DNA from: Bacteroidales bacterium | GTDB taxonomy: Bacteria > Bacteroidota > Bacteroidia > Bacteroidales > UBA932 | Assembly (NCBI GenBank): GCA_017465225.1 | Contig: JAFTWQ010000003.1 | Location: 3,104 to 67,103 of the forward strand | Length of the DNA stretch: 64,000 bases | Direction: 5' to 3' | Shown here: positions 1 through 10,264 of the stretch, in pieces | How positions within the stretch are numbered: the first letter of the stretch is position 1 | Layout: each line of letters starts with the position of its first letter | Notes under the pieces: generated by a model | Seen by the model: only the letters and a program-made list of their open reading frames with translations | The model's database searches: none | Told to the model about the DNA's origin: nothing | Translations under genes and position numbers: made by a program

Positions 1-2
1 GG

Positions 3-533
3 GAGAAGGAATACCGGAAATATGCACCTTACCTGCTTACGGCATTCTTCTTCATCTTCCTGAGTAACCTGCTGGGAATCGTTCCGTTCTTCCCGGGAGG
101 AGCGAACGTGACGGGAAACATTGCTGTGACGATGGTTCTGGCTTTATGCACATTCGTCGCGATCAACCTGTTCGGAAACAGACATTATTGGAAGGAGATA
201 CTTTGGCCGGATGTGCCGATTTTCCTGAAGTTCCCTATCCCGATAATGCAGACGATAGAGATATTTGGAATGATATCCAAGCCGTTCTCGCTGATGGTCA
301 GGCTCTTTGCCAATATCATGGCCGGCCATGCGATGATCCTCGGACTTGTGTCCGTGATCTTTGTGACCGTCAAGCTGGGGCCTGTGATAAACGGATCCAT
401 GACCGCGATTTCGATGCTTTTCGGAGTCTTCATGGACTGTCTGGAACTCCTTGTGGCGTTCATACAGGCATATGTGTTCACAATGCTTTCGGCTGTGTTC
501 ATAGGCCTGTCCCGACAGGAAGAGCATGCATGA
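3..533 (+). CDS. atpB: F0F1 ATP synthase subunit a (5' truncated by window edge)
   Basis: Frame is open from base 3 (EKEYRKYAPYLLTAFFFIFLSNLLGIVPFFPGGANVTGN...). Motifs KPFSLMVRLFANIMAGH and ELLVAFIQAYVFTMLS are present. Confidence 0.96.
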   Translation, partial: EKEYRKYAPYLLTAFFFIFLSNLLGIVPFFPGGANVTGNIAVTMVLALCTFVAINLFGNRHYWKEILWPDVPIFLKFPIPIMQTIEIFGMISKPFSLMVRLFANIMAGHAMILGLVSVIFVTVKLGPVINGSMTAISMLFGVFMDCLELLVAFIQAYVFTMLSAVFIGLSRQEEHA

Positions 534-537
534 CGGA

Positions 538-564
538 TGTGATCCCGAGCTTGCCGAGGGATCT
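538..564 (+). repeat. REP-like palindrome (TGTCAT-tagged family, one head mismatch)
   Basis: tgtgatcccgagcttgccgagggatct, closely matching the reverse complement of the copy at 11723-11750. Confidence 0.75.
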
Positions 565-601
565 GAACAAAAAAGACAAACAACAATAAACATTATAGAT
601 T

Positions 602-859
602 ATGTTACTTTCAGCAATCATCCTTCAGGCTGCAGGAGCAGCCATCTGGGGAAAAGTGGCAGGCGCATTAGGCGCAGCAATCGCAGCACTGGCAGCTGCA
701 TGGGGTATCGGTAAGATCGGTCAGTCGGCTATGGAGGCTATCGCCCGTCAGCCAGAGACAGCCGGAAACATCCGTACAGCCATGCTCATCATCGGTGCTC
801 TCGTGGAAGGCGCATGCCTTTTCGCGATCATCGCATGTCTCATGGCAATCGTAATGTAG
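602..859 (+). CDS. atpE: ATP synthase subunit c
   Basis: IARQPE loop, conserved Glu in ALVEG, two hydrophobic helices, operon position. Confidence 0.97.
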   Translation: MLLSAIILQAAGAAIWGKVAGALGAAIAALAAAWGIGKIGQSAMEAIARQPETAGNIRTAMLIIGALVEGACLFAIIACLMAIVM

Positions 860-872
860 CTTTACCGCAGCC

Positions 873-1373
873 ATGAACCTGATGTTGCCGGACAGTGGTC
901 TCCTTTTCTGGATGACCATCATCTTCGCCATCGTGTTCTTCATTCTTGCGAAATTCGGCTTCCCTATCATCACGGGAATGGTCGATAAGCGCACGAAGAG
1001 GATCGACGATGCGATAGCCGCTGCCCGTAAGGCGGAGGAGTCCCTCGCAGGCCTTGCGCAGGAGCAGGAAAGGCTTCTTGCCGAAGCGAAGGCAGAGCAG
1101 GCCCGCATTCTTCATGAGGCCGCAGCCCAGCGCGACAGCATGATTGCGAAGGCACAGGACGAGGCACGCGAAGAGGCCAGGAAGATCATGGATGAGGCAA
1201 AGGAGAGGATCCGCGAGGAGAAGGAAGCAGCGCTCCGGGACGTCCGCAAGGAGGTCGCCCTGCTTTCAGTCGCCATAGCGGAAAAGGTCGTCAGAAAGGA
1301 AATATCTACGGATAAGGGACAGATGGAACTCATCGACAGGATGGTCGATGAAATGACAACCATGTCATCCTGA
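873..1373 (+). CDS. atpF: ATP synthase subunit b
   Basis: PDSGLLFW N-terminal TM segment followed by a charged coiled coil; operon position. Confidence 0.96.
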   Translation: MNLMLPDSGLLFWMTIIFAIVFFILAKFGFPIITGMVDKRTKRIDDAIAAARKAEESLAGLAQEQERLLAEAKAEQARILHEAAAQRDSMIAKAQDEAREEARKIMDEAKERIREEKEAALRDVRKEVALLSVAIAEKVVRKEISTDKGQMELIDRMVDEMTTMSS

Positions 1374-1390
1374 TTGTCACCAGAATGAAT

Positions 1391-1417
1391 TGTCATCCTG
1401 AACGTAGTGAAGGATCT
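1391..1417 (+). repeat. REP-like palindrome (TGTCAT family), preceded by truncated heads at 1363 and 1375
   Basis: tgtcatcctgaacgtagtgaaggatct. Confidence 0.85.
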
Positions 1418-1425
1418 TTAAACAA

Positions 1426-1980
1426 ATGAATGCAGGAATAGTAGCTTCAAGGTACGCAAAGGCTCTTCTGAAATTTGTGCAGGAGACCGGGAATGGGGAT
1501 AAGGTTTATGCCCAGGCCGGGGTTCTTGTGCTCCGTATGGAAGATATCGGTCAGCTGGAAGACTATATCTGCAATCATGGGGAAATCTGCCTTGAAAAGA
1601 AGATCCAACTGCTGGAAACTGCTCTTGGAGAGCCTCTTGCTATGGAGTTGAGCCGTTTTACTGCTCTTGTTGTCAGGCAGCGCAGGACAGGATTCTTCCT
1701 CCGGATGCTTCAAGCCTTTCTTGTGCTTTACCGTGAGGCCGCCGGCATGAAGCTCGGAACGCTTGTGACGGCTTTCCCTGCCGATGGACTCAAGGAAAAG
1801 ATGGAAGCGCTTTTCCGTCAGCGTACAGGAGCGGATGTGCAGCTTGAGATGAAGGTGGATCCGGAAATACTTGGCGGGTTCATATTCGAGCTGGACGACA
1901 TGCTTCTTGATGCAAGCGTCGCCTCCCGATTCCGTGAGATACGGCGCCAGCTTATAGAAAAGAATAACAGAATAGTATAA
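1426..1980 (+). CDS. atpH: ATP synthase subunit delta
   Basis: ASRYAKAL at the N-terminus; VDPEILGGF...LDASV at the C-terminus. Confidence 0.95.
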   Translation: MNAGIVASRYAKALLKFVQETGNGDKVYAQAGVLVLRMEDIGQLEDYICNHGEICLEKKIQLLETALGEPLAMELSRFTALVVRQRRTGFFLRMLQAFLVLYREAAGMKLGTLVTAFPADGLKEKMEALFRQRTGADVQLEMKVDPEILGGFIFELDDMLLDASVASRFREIRRQLIEKNNRIV

Positions 1981-1981
1981 T

Positions 1982-3568
1982 ATGATAGATACAATCAGAC
2001 CATCCGAGATATCGGAAGTGCTGCTCAGCCAGCTCAGGGATATCGGTTCTGACCTTCAGTTCGAGGAGGTCGGACATGTCCTGCAGGTGAGTGACGGAGT
2101 GGTAAGGATCCAGGGCCTTCTCAACGCCGAGGCAGGAGAGCTTCTGCAGTTCGACGATGATATCAAGGCGGTGGTCATGAATCTTGAAGAGGATAATGTG
2201 GGAGCTGTGCTGCTCGGTCCGACCGACAGGATCAAGGAAGGAATGACCGTGCGCCGTACGGGCAGGATAGCATCCATCAATGTAGGTGAGTCCATGGTGG
2301 GACGTGTTGTGAATCCGCTCGGCGAGCCGCTTGACGGCAAAGGACGCATCGAAGGGGAACTCTGTGAAATGCCTCTTGAAAGGAAGGCTCCGGGAGTTAT
2401 CTTCCGTCAGCCTGTCACGGAACCGCTTCAGACCGGCTTGAAGGCTATCGACGCCATGATTCCGATAGGAAGAGGCCAGCGCGAGCTGATCATCGGCGAC
2501 CGACAGACAGGAAAGACAGCGATCGCGATCGACACTATCATCAATCAGCGCGAGGCATATATCGCCGGCAAGCCGGTATATTGCATATATGTGGCCATAG
2601 GTCAGAAAGGATCGACTGTCGCCAGCATCGTGCAGACTCTCAAGGAAAAAGGCGCACTTGATTATACCATCATCGTTGCCGCGACTGCCGCTGACCCTGC
2701 TGCATTGCAGTATTATGCACCTTTCGCCGGCGCCGCCATCGGGGAATATTTCCGTGACACGGGAAGACATGCGCTTGTCGTATATGACGACCTCTCGAAG
2801 CAGGCGGTAGCATATCGCGAGGTCTCTCTGATCCTCCGCCGTCCGTCCGGACGTGAAGCATATCCGGGAGACATCTTCTATCTCCATTCGAGACTTCTCG
2901 AGAGGGCCGCAAAGATCATCGGCCAGCAGGAGGTCGCCGAGAAGATGAATGACCTTCCGGCATCATTGCAGGGCAAGGTGAAGGCAGGCGGCTCATTGAC
3001 AGCCCTCCCTATCATCGAGACCCAGGCAGGCGATGTGTCCGCATATATTCCGACCAATGTGATTTCCATCACCGACGGCCAGATCTTCCTCGAGACTGAC
3101 CTCTTCAATCAGGGATTCCGTCCGGCAGTGAATGTCGGAATCTCGGTTTCGCGTGTCGGAGGAAGTGCGCAGATAAAGAGCATGAAGAAGGTTGCGGGAA
3201 CCCTGAAGATCGATCAGGCTCAGTACCGTGAGCTGGAGTCATTCTCGAAGTTCAGCAGTGACATGGATCCGATCACAGCCATGGCCCTTGACAAAGGCCG
3301 CAAGAACAACAGGCTCCTGATCCAGCCACAATACTCGCCGATGCCTGTCGGAGAGCAGATTGCAGTGCTGTACTGCGGCACAAAGGGACTCCTGAAGGAT
3401 CTCTCCATCGATCAGGTAGATGACTTCCAGACCACCTTCCTCAGCAAGATGAGGGCGTTCCATTCCGATGATGTCCTGAAGCCGCTTTCGGAGGGGCGCG
3501 TCGATGACACGGTGGCTGCAATAATCGAAAAAGAAGCATCTTCCATCATTAATGGAATGATAGAATAA
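1982..3568 (+). CDS. atpA: ATP synthase subunit alpha
   Basis: GDRQTGKT Walker A and [20 protein letters not shown]. Confidence 0.99.
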   Translation: MIDTIRPSEISEVLLSQLRDIGSDLQFEEVGHVLQVSDGVVRIQGLLNAEAGELLQFDDDIKAVVMNLEEDNVGAVLLGPTDRIKEGMTVRRTGRIASINVGESMVGRVVNPLGEPLDGKGRIEGELCEMPLERKAPGVIFRQPVTEPLQTGLKAIDAMIPIGRGQRELIIGDRQTGKTAIAIDTIINQREAYIAGKPVYCIYVAIGQKGSTVASIVQTLKEKGALDYTIIVAATAADPAALQYYAPFAGAAIGEYFRDTGRHALVVYDDLSKQAVAYREVSLILRRPSGREAYPGDIFYLHSRLLERAAKIIGQQEVAEKMNDLPASLQGKVKAGGSLTALPIIETQAGDVSAYIPTNVISITDGQIFLETDLFNQGFRPAVNVGISVSRVGGSAQIKSMKKVAGTLKIDQAQYRELESFSKFSSDMDPITAMALDKGRKNNRLLIQPQYSPMPVGEQIAVLYCGTKGLLKDLSIDQVDDFQTTFLSKMRAFHSDDVLKPLSEGRVDDTVAAIIEKEASSIINGMIE

Positions 3569-3586
3569 GACTTTATTTAGACAAGT

Positions 3587-3692
3587 CCTCTGATGTATAT
3601 GTGAAAACCATGGCCGCCCGTGGCCTTGTGAACGGGAGGGGCCCGCTCCGCAGGAGTGGGAGGGATTTAGTTTTCACATATACATCAAGAGG
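3587..3692. mobile_element. MITE-like structured palindromic insertion
   Basis: Perfect 18-bp inverted arms at 3591-3608 and 3670-3687, two internal GC hairpins, and an 11-bp flanking direct repeat ATAGAATAAGA at 3560-3570 and 3697-3707. Confidence 0.7.
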
Positions 3693-3719
3693 CGGTATAG
3701 AATAAGAAATATCAGTCAG

Positions 3720-4658
3720 ATGGCATCATTAAAAGAAATAAAGACCAGGATAGGCTCTGTGAAGAACACCCTGAAGATCACTTCTGCAATGAAGATGGTC
3801 GCATCAGCCAAACTTCACAAGGCCCAGACTGCCATAGGAAACAAACTTCCGTATGAGCAGAAGCTCCATCGTATCCTGGCCGGTCTTCTTCAGTCAGACG
3901 ACCTCCGTGATGCCCTGAAGTCAGAACTCGGATTCGGCGGCAAGAACGGCAAGGCTCCGGTCGTGCTCCAGGATGTCGCCGTCGATGAACTCCCTTCCAA
4001 GACAGATGTAGGCCGTGTAGCCCTCGTGGTATTCTCTTCCAACAGCTCCCTTTGCGGCGCTTTCAATGCCAACATCATCAGACGTTTCAACGACATCATC
4101 CGTCAATTGTCCGAAAGGGGATACTCCCATGAAGACATTGACGTGTATGCCGTCGGAAGAAAGGTCGCGGAGGCAGCATCGAAGGCAGGATTCGTGCTTG
4201 CCGGAGACTATTCCGACATGGCCGACAAACCTTCATATGACCATGCATCCGAACTTGCAACCGAACTGATCGACAGTTTCTCCGAAGGAGAAGTGGAACA
4301 GGTCGTATTCCTGTATAACCATTTCGCCTCCACATCATCCCAGCCGGCCGTCCAGGAGAATTATCTGCCTCTGGCCCTTCATGACTACGGAACCGGCAGC
4401 GGGCCGGTGGATTATATCCTTGAACCTGATCCCCTTTCTCTGGTGAAGGAACTTCTTCCGAAGGTACTCTTCCTGAAAATGTATACCGTCGTCCTTGATG
4501 CGAATGCCGCTGAACATGCCGCCCGCACCGTGGCCATGCAGATCGCATCGGACAATGCCCAGGATCTTATCTCCGAACTTACCCTGGCCTACAACAAAGG
4601 CCGCCAGCAGGAAATCACCGCCGAAATCCTCGACCTTGTCGGCGGCACCATGGCCTGA
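3720..4658 (+). CDS. atpG: ATP synthase subunit gamma
   Basis: KITSAMKMVASAKL, SLCGAFN, EHAARTVAM, RQQEITAEI. Confidence 0.98.
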   Translation: MASLKEIKTRIGSVKNTLKITSAMKMVASAKLHKAQTAIGNKLPYEQKLHRILAGLLQSDDLRDALKSELGFGGKNGKAPVVLQDVAVDELPSKTDVGRVALVVFSSNSSLCGAFNANIIRRFNDIIRQLSERGYSHEDIDVYAVGRKVAEAASKAGFVLAGDYSDMADKPSYDHASELATELIDSFSEGEVEQVVFLYNHFASTSSQPAVQENYLPLALHDYGTGSGPVDYILEPDPLSLVKELLPKVLFLKMYTVVLDANAAEHAARTVAMQIASDNAQDLISELTLAYNKGRQQEITAEILDLVGGTMA

Positions 4659-4698
4659 CGGCGTGGAGCGTAATGTGCTGACAATCAGATAGATAAAT

Positions 4699-4734
4699 AA
4701 ACCCACGTGCTGTCAAAGGGGAGCACGTGGGTTT
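4699..4734. terminator. Hairpin between convergent atpG and DUF1015 genes (probable bidirectional terminator)
   Basis: 13-bp arms aaacccacgtgct / agcacgtgggttt. Confidence 0.7.
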
Positions 4735-4775
4735 GCTTAATATGCTGTTTTTCAGGAGCTTATGCTCCACGGAAA

Positions 4776-6014
4776 TTAACTGAGCTTATGGATGGCGAGA
4801 CCAGAGCGGAGCTTCGGCTCGAACCATGTGGTCTTCGGAGGCATGATGTTGCCTGAATCGGCGATGTCTACGAGCTGCTGCATTGAGACAGGGTAGAGGG
4901 CGAATGCAACCGCCATCTCGCCGCTGTCGACTCTGCGTGAAAGCTCGCCGAGACCACGGATACCTCCGACGAAGTCGATGCGCTTGTCGGTACGGAGGTC
5001 CTTGATGCCGAGGATCCTGTCAAGCACGAGGTTCGAGAGGATTGTCACATCGAGAACGCCGATAGGATCATTGTCATCATAGCGTCCTTCCTTTGCAACG
5101 AGCGAGTACCACTTGCCGCCGAGGTACATCGAGAATTCATGGAGCTTGCCTGGCTTATAGATCTCGGCACCCTCTTCGCGAACCTCGAAATCCTCTGCAA
5201 GAGCCGCTACGAGCTGCTCAGGAGTGAGTCCGTTAAGGTCCTTCACAACGCGGTTGTAGTCGATGATCTTGAGCTGGCTGTCAGGGAATGCAACAGTCAT
5301 GAACCAATTGTATTCCTCCTCGCCTGTATGGTTCGGATTCTGTGCCTTCTTCTCTGCTCCTACAAGGGCGGCCGCAGCTGTACGGTGGTGACCGTCAGCA
5401 ACATAGAATGCCGGGATCTCTGCGAAGATCTCTGTGATGCGGTCGATGTCGGCCTGGTCGTCGATCACCCAGAAATGGTGGCCGAAACCGTCAGCAGCGA
5501 CGAAATCATATTCAGGCTCTCCAACGATATACTTGTTCACGATTGCATCGATCTCATCATTGTCAGGATATGAGAAGAACACAGGCTCGATGTTGGCGTC
5601 CTGGATGCGTACGTGGATCATACGGTCCTCTTCCTTATCCTTGCGAGTGAGTTCGTGCTTCTTGATCTTGCCTTCTGCATAGTCGTCAGTATGTGCACAT
5701 ACTACAAGTCCGTACTGTGTGCGGCCTTCCATTGTCTGTGCATATACATAATAGTATGGCTTCTCGTCCTGGACAAGCCATCCTTTTTCCTGCCATGCCT
5801 TGAAGTTCTCGACTGCCTTGTCATATGCAGGCTGGCTGTGCTCGTCGATGATAGGATCGAAGTCGATTTCAGGCTTGGTGATGTGGAGGAGGGATCTTTC
5901 TCCTGCCTCGGCCTTGGCTTCCACTGAATTGAGGACGTCGTAAGGTCTTGCAGCTACTTCCTCTACATACTGCTTTGGCGGACGTATTGCCGCGAATGGT
6001 TTAACGCGTACCAT
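4776..6014 (-). CDS. DUF1015 family protein
   Basis: PYDV, IKKHELT, YVADGHHR, MPPKTTWFEPKLRSGL; typical position after serC-serA. Confidence 0.92.
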   Translation of the reverse strand: MVRVKPFAAIRPPKQYVEEVAARPYDVLNSVEAKAEAGERSLLHITKPEIDFDPIIDEHSQPAYDKAVENFKAWQEKGWLVQDEKPYYYVYAQTMEGRTQYGLVVCAHTDDYAEGKIKKHELTRKDKEEDRMIHVRIQDANIEPVFFSYPDNDEIDAIVNKYIVGEPEYDFVAADGFGHHFWVIDDQADIDRITEIFAEIPAFYVADGHHRTAAAALVGAEKKAQNPNHTGEEEYNWFMTVAFPDSQLKIIDYNRVVKDLNGLTPEQLVAALAEDFEVREEGAEIYKPGKLHEFSMYLGGKWYSLVAKEGRYDDNDPIGVLDVTILSNLVLDRILGIKDLRTDKRIDFVGGIRGLGELSRRVDSGEMAVAFALYPVSMQQLVDIADSGNIMPPKTTWFEPKLRSGLAIHKLS

Positions 6015-6017
6015 AGA

Positions 6018-6929
6018 CTATTTGTTTACCTGGAATTTAGTGCAGCCTGTTGCAAAGTAGTTCACGATCTGGCTGGCGGCAGCGAGACCTGCATTGATGT
6101 TGGCCTCTGCTGTCTCTGCACCCTGCTTCTTTGGAGTTGCGAAGATCTGCTTTGCATACTTCTCCTTGAGCTCTGCATAGGCAACCGGAGCAATGTCGGT
6201 CGCATACTTTAGGTCAGCTCTTTCGGCAAGCGCCTTGTCAAGACCTTCCTCGCAGATGATCTCCTTGCGGGCTGTGTTGATGAGACATCCGCCCTTCGGC
6301 ATCTTTGAAAGGAGGTCGTAACCTATCATACCCTTTGTCTCTGGAGTTGCAGGAATGTTGACTGATACGAAGTTACATCTGCTGTAAAGCTCTTCGATAG
6401 TAGGAACTGTGTTCCAGCCCTGGTGCTTCTCGGCAGGCTGAGGAGCAAGGATGAGGACATTCATTCCGAGGCCGACAGCCTTCTTTGCCACGAGCTGTCC
6501 GATATTGCCGAAGCCCTGGATACCGATTGTCTTACCGCTGAGCTCGCATCCTGTGCCAGGAGTGAACTGGTTGCGTGACATATAGATCATCAGGCCGAGA
6601 GCAAGCTCTGCAACTGCATTGGAGTTCTGGCCAGGAGTGTTCATTGCCACGATGCCGCGCTCTGTGCATGAAGGGAGGTCGAGGTTGTCATAACCAGCGC
6701 CGGCACGAACGACGATCTTAAGCTGCTTTGCAGCCGCTACAACGTCGGCAGTGACCTTGTCTGAACGTACTATGAGTGCGTCAGCGTCAGCCACAGCTGC
6801 GAGAAGCTGCTCCTTCTCTGTATATTTCTCGAGGAGTGCAAGCTCATGTCCTGCGCCTTCAACGATCTCTCTGATGCCGTTCACAGCCGCTGCTGCAAAC
6901 GGTTTCTCTGTTGCTACTAAAACTTTCAT
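6018..6929 (-). CDS. serA: D-3-phosphoglycerate dehydrogenase (short form)
   Basis: RAGAGYDN, NSNAVAEL, GFGNIG, INTAR; adjacent to serC. Confidence 0.88.
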   Translation of the reverse strand: MKVLVATEKPFAAAAVNGIREIVEGAGHELALLEKYTEKEQLLAAVADADALIVRSDKVTADVVAAAKQLKIVVRAGAGYDNLDLPSCTERGIVAMNTPGQNSNAVAELALGLMIYMSRNQFTPGTGCELSGKTIGIQGFGNIGQLVAKKAVGLGMNVLILAPQPAEKHQGWNTVPTIEELYSRCNFVSVNIPATPETKGMIGYDLLSKMPKGGCLINTARKEIICEEGLDKALAERADLKYATDIAPVAYAELKEKYAKQIFATPKKQGAETAEANINAGLAAASQIVNYFATGCTKFQVNK

Positions 6930-6943
6930 TTACGGTGGTATTG

Positions 6944-6970
6944 AGATCCCCGGACTGGCCGGGGATGACG
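6944..6970 (-). repeat. REP-like palindrome (CGTCAT-tagged)
   Basis: Minus strand reads cgtcatccccggccagtccggggatct, starting just after the serC stop codon. Confidence 0.85.
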
Positions 6971-6971
6971 A

Positions 6972-8045
6972 TTATTTCTTCAAATCTTCAAACTCCTTCA
7001 TGCAGTCAACGAGTGCCTGAACACTTTCCTTAGGGCAAGCGTTGTAGATTGATGCACGGAAACCGCCTACTGAACGGTGACCCTTGATACCTACCATGCC
7101 ACGCTCCTTTGCGAAGTTCATGAACTCGTCCTGGAGATCCTCATGGCCAGGAGCCATCACGAAGCATACGTTCATGAGAGAACGGTCTTCCTTGGCAGCT
7201 GTTCCCACGAAGAGAGAGTTGCGGTCGATCTCGTCATAAAGGATCGCAGCCTTCTCCTGGTTCATCTTGTAGACAGCCTCTACGCCACCCATTTCCTTAA
7301 CCCACTTGAGGGTCTCGTTCATCACGAAGATAGAGAATACAGGAGGAGTATTGAACATTGAACCGCCGTCGATATGAGTCTGGAGGTTAAGCATTGTAGG
7401 GATATAACGGCTAACCTTTCCGAGAAGATCCTTCTTCACGATGAAGAAAGTCACACCTGCAGGACCTACGTTCTTCTGTGCACCACCATAGATCATCGCA
7501 TACTTGCTTACGTCTACTGGACGGCTCATGATGTCAGATGACATGTCGGCGATGAGCGGAACAGGGCAGTCGATGTCCTCGTGAAGCTCTGTACCGTAGA
7601 TTGTGTTGTTTGTAGTCACATGGAAATAGTCGAGATCGGCAGGAATCTCGTAACCCTTTGGTATATAGTTGAATGTAGTCTCGGCTGAAGATGCTACAGC
7701 ATATGCATTGCCAAGTCCCTTGGCCTCTTTCAAAGCCTTCTTTGCCCATACTCCGGTCTCAAGATAACCGGCCTTGTTCTCAAGGAAGTTCATAGCCACA
7801 TAAAGGAATCCCATACTTGCACCGCCACCGAGGAAGACAACCTCGTGTGTGTCAGGAATGTTGAGGAGCTCCTTCCAGAGTGCACGGCACTCGTCCATTA
7901 TGGCGCTCCACTCCTTGCTTCTGTGTGAAACGCAGATGACCGGCATACCTGTACCGGCGAAATCCTTCAGAGCTTCGATAGCTTTATCGACAGCCTGCTG
8001 TGGCAGGACGCATGGGCCTGCATTGAAATTGTGAACCTTTTTCAT
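6972..8045 (-). CDS. serC: Phosphoserine aminotransferase
   Basis: [34 protein letters not shown]. Confidence 0.98.
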   Translation of the reverse strand: MKKVHNFNAGPCVLPQQAVDKAIEALKDFAGTGMPVICVSHRSKEWSAIMDECRALWKELLNIPDTHEVVFLGGGASMGFLYVAMNFLENKAGYLETGVWAKKALKEAKGLGNAYAVASSAETTFNYIPKGYEIPADLDYFHVTTNNTIYGTELHEDIDCPVPLIADMSSDIMSRPVDVSKYAMIYGGAQKNVGPAGVTFFIVKKDLLGKVSRYIPTMLNLQTHIDGGSMFNTPPVFSIFVMNETLKWVKEMGGVEAVYKMNQEKAAILYDEIDRNSLFVGTAAKEDRSLMNVCFVMAPGHEDLQDEFMNFAKERGMVGIKGHRSVGGFRASIYNACPKESVQALVDCMKEFEDLKK

Positions 8046-8106
8046 GTTATTATAAGTGGTTATTTAAAAATTGTAATCTAAATCGCGTTAAAGATAATGA
8101 TTTAAT

Positions 8107-8559
8107 TTAGAAGATGTGTTTCGAGTCGGTGATTTTTTCGCAATAATGACATAAAAGTGAAATTTCGTTACCTTCCTCGATGGTCTTGAACCATGTGTCG
8201 ATAGGCTGATGGTTCGTCACACATTTAGGATTGCGGCATTTGGCGATGCCATGGATCTCTTCAGGCATGACCAGCTTCTTCTTCTCCACTACCTTGAAGT
8301 CGCGGATGATATTGACTGTGGCCTTCGGCGCGATGAGGGCGAGCTTGTTGAGCTCCTCGTCTTCGAAGAACTTGTTCTCGATCTTGATGATGCCCTTCTT
8401 TCCGAAGAACTTGCTGGTAAGGTTGATGCCGATGGTGATCTGGTTTTCAATACCTTTCAGGTTGAGTATGTCCAGTGCCTTGTATACATTTTCAGCGGGT
8501 ATATGGTCCAGTACGGTACCATTCTCCAATGCGCTTACTACCAATTCTTTTCTTGTCAT
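8107..8559 (-). CDS. pyrI: Aspartate carbamoyltransferase regulatory chain
   Basis: ENGTVLDHI; zinc ligands CRNPKCVT and CHYCE. Confidence 0.97.
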   Translation of the reverse strand: MTRKELVVSALENGTVLDHIPAENVYKALDILNLKGIENQITIGINLTSKFFGKKGIIKIENKFFEDEELNKLALIAPKATVNIIRDFKVVEKKKLVMPEEIHGIAKCRNPKCVTNHQPIDTWFKTIEEGNEISLLCHYCEKITDSKHIF

Positions 8560-8563
8560 GATT

Positions 8564-9472
8564 CTATCTGTAGCCTAATAAGTATGAAATGATCGCCATG
8601 CGGACATAAAGTCCGTTTTCAGCCTGCTTGAAATAATATGCATACGGAGTGTCGTCCACGTCCTGCGAGATTTCAGTGACGCGTGGAAGCGGATGGAGGA
8701 TCTTCATGTTCTTCCTTACATCCGAAAGCATCCCCGCATTGAGGGTGTAGACGTCCTTCACTCTTTCATACTCCATAAGATCGGTGAAGCGCTCCTGCTG
8801 CACGCGTGTCATGTAGAGGATGTCGCAGTCGTTGAGATGCTCGTTGAGGGATGTGGTCTCGATGTATTCGATGCCTCTGCTGTCGAGGAAGTCCTTGTAT
8901 TCCTTCGGCATCTTCAGCTCATCGGGAGCGGTGAAGATGAATTTCGGATTGAAATGGGACATGGCCTGAAGGAGCGAGTGGGTCGTACGGCCGTACTTGA
9001 GGTCTCCTACCATGTTGATTGTCAGGCCTTCCAGAGTGCCCTGCGTCTGGAGGATCGAGTAGAGGTCAAGAAGGGTCTGTGAAGGGTGCTGGTTGGCTCC
9101 GTCGCCGGCGTTCACCACAGGGACCGATGCCACCTCTGATGCATATCTCGAACTTCCCTCAAGAGGGTGACGCATCACGATCATATCGACATAATTCGAT
9201 ACCATCTTGATTGTGTCCTTAAGCGTCTCTCCCTTGCTCTGGCTTGTGTTTGTGGCGTCAGAGAAACCGATGACCTTTGCGCCGAGACGGTTGATGGCTG
9301 TCTCGAAGCTGAGCCTTGTCCTGGTCGAAGGTTCAAAGAACAGACTTGCTATCACCTTGCCTTCCAGGAAGTTCTGCACTTTGTTCTGCTCGAACTCCTT
9401 TGCGGTTTCAAGCACATGGAGTATCTCCTCCTTGCTGAAATCGCGGATTGAAATCAAACTTTTTCTGCTCAT
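8564..9472 (-). CDS. pyrB: Aspartate carbamoyltransferase catalytic chain
   Basis: [31 protein letters not shown]. Confidence 0.98.
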   Translation of the reverse strand: MSRKSLISIRDFSKEEILHVLETAKEFEQNKVQNFLEGKVIASLFFEPSTRTRLSFETAINRLGAKVIGFSDATNTSQSKGETLKDTIKMVSNYVDMIVMRHPLEGSSRYASEVASVPVVNAGDGANQHPSQTLLDLYSILQTQGTLEGLTINMVGDLKYGRTTHSLLQAMSHFNPKFIFTAPDELKMPKEYKDFLDSRGIEYIETTSLNEHLNDCDILYMTRVQQERFTDLMEYERVKDVYTLNAGMLSDVRKNMKILHPLPRVTEISQDVDDTPYAYYFKQAENGLYVRMAIISYLLGYR

Positions 9473-9475
9473 ATC

Positions 9476-10090
9476 TTATATTTCTTCAATATTACATCCT
9501 TCCACATCGCCCATCCTTTCAAGGAATGAGTCCACCAGCGACAGCCTTACGCTTGTATCCAGGCTGCACTCCATGTCGAACTTCTGGTTCTTCTGCTCCA
9601 GTCCCATGTCCTTCATGACCTTCATCACTCCGTTCATGTTGAGGTATCCGAAATGTACGCGATACATCTTGGCGGCGATCTTTTCGACGATCTCGGCATT
9701 TGCGAGGGCATCTGCCGTCGAAGTCTTGTATGCCCTGATAAGGCCCGGTATGCCGAGCTTTATGCCTCCGAAATAGCGTACGACCACAACCAGGATGTCG
9801 CTGAGGCCGCATGAGTCGATCTGCCCGAGAACGGGACGTCCTGACGAGCCGGAAGGCTCACCGTCATCATTGGCGCGGAACTTGTCCCCCTTGTAGCCGA
9901 GACGGTATGCGTACACATGATGCCTCGCGTCATAGTACTCCTTCTTGAGTGCTGCGACGATTTCCTTCACTTCTTCTTCGGTTTCAACGGGATAAGCATG
10001 GGCAATGAATCGGCTTCCATTGTCCTTGAACAGCCCCCTGGACTCGGCGGCTATGCTTTTGTAAGAATCCTGGATCTGTGCGGTGTCCAT
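9476..10090 (-). CDS. YigZ/IMPACT family protein
   Basis: ARHHVYAY, DDGEPSGSSG, VVRYFGGIKLG. Confidence 0.93.
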   Translation of the reverse strand: MDTAQIQDSYKSIAAESRGLFKDNGSRFIAHAYPVETEEEVKEIVAALKKEYYDARHHVYAYRLGYKGDKFRANDDGEPSGSSGRPVLGQIDSCGLSDILVVVVRYFGGIKLGIPGLIRAYKTSTADALANAEIVEKIAAKMYRVHFGYLNMNGVMKVMKDMGLEQKNQKFDMECSLDTSVRLSLVDSFLERMGDVEGCNIEEI

Positions 10091-10199
10091 ACGAAAACCA
10101 AAAATAGTGATTTTCCGGGTAAAATTGAAATAAATTTCAACTTTATTTCATGAGCGGTGTTTATATCATTTTTTTATACTTGCAGAAAGAAAAATTTAT

Positions 10200-10207
10200 T
10201 ACCTTTG
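10200..10207 (+). promoter_or_regulatory. Bacteroidetes -7 promoter element
   Basis: TACCTTTG matches TAnnTTTG in an AT-rich divergent intergenic region. Confidence 0.6.
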
Positions 10208-10264
10208 GCTTCGCTTCCACATAGTCTGGAGGCTTTTTTATACAAGATTCAATTCTAACTGTCT

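Noticed and set aside
1-4658. atpD and atpC missing from the ATP synthase operon
   Set aside because: In Bacteroidales they normally precede atpB and would lie upstream of the window.
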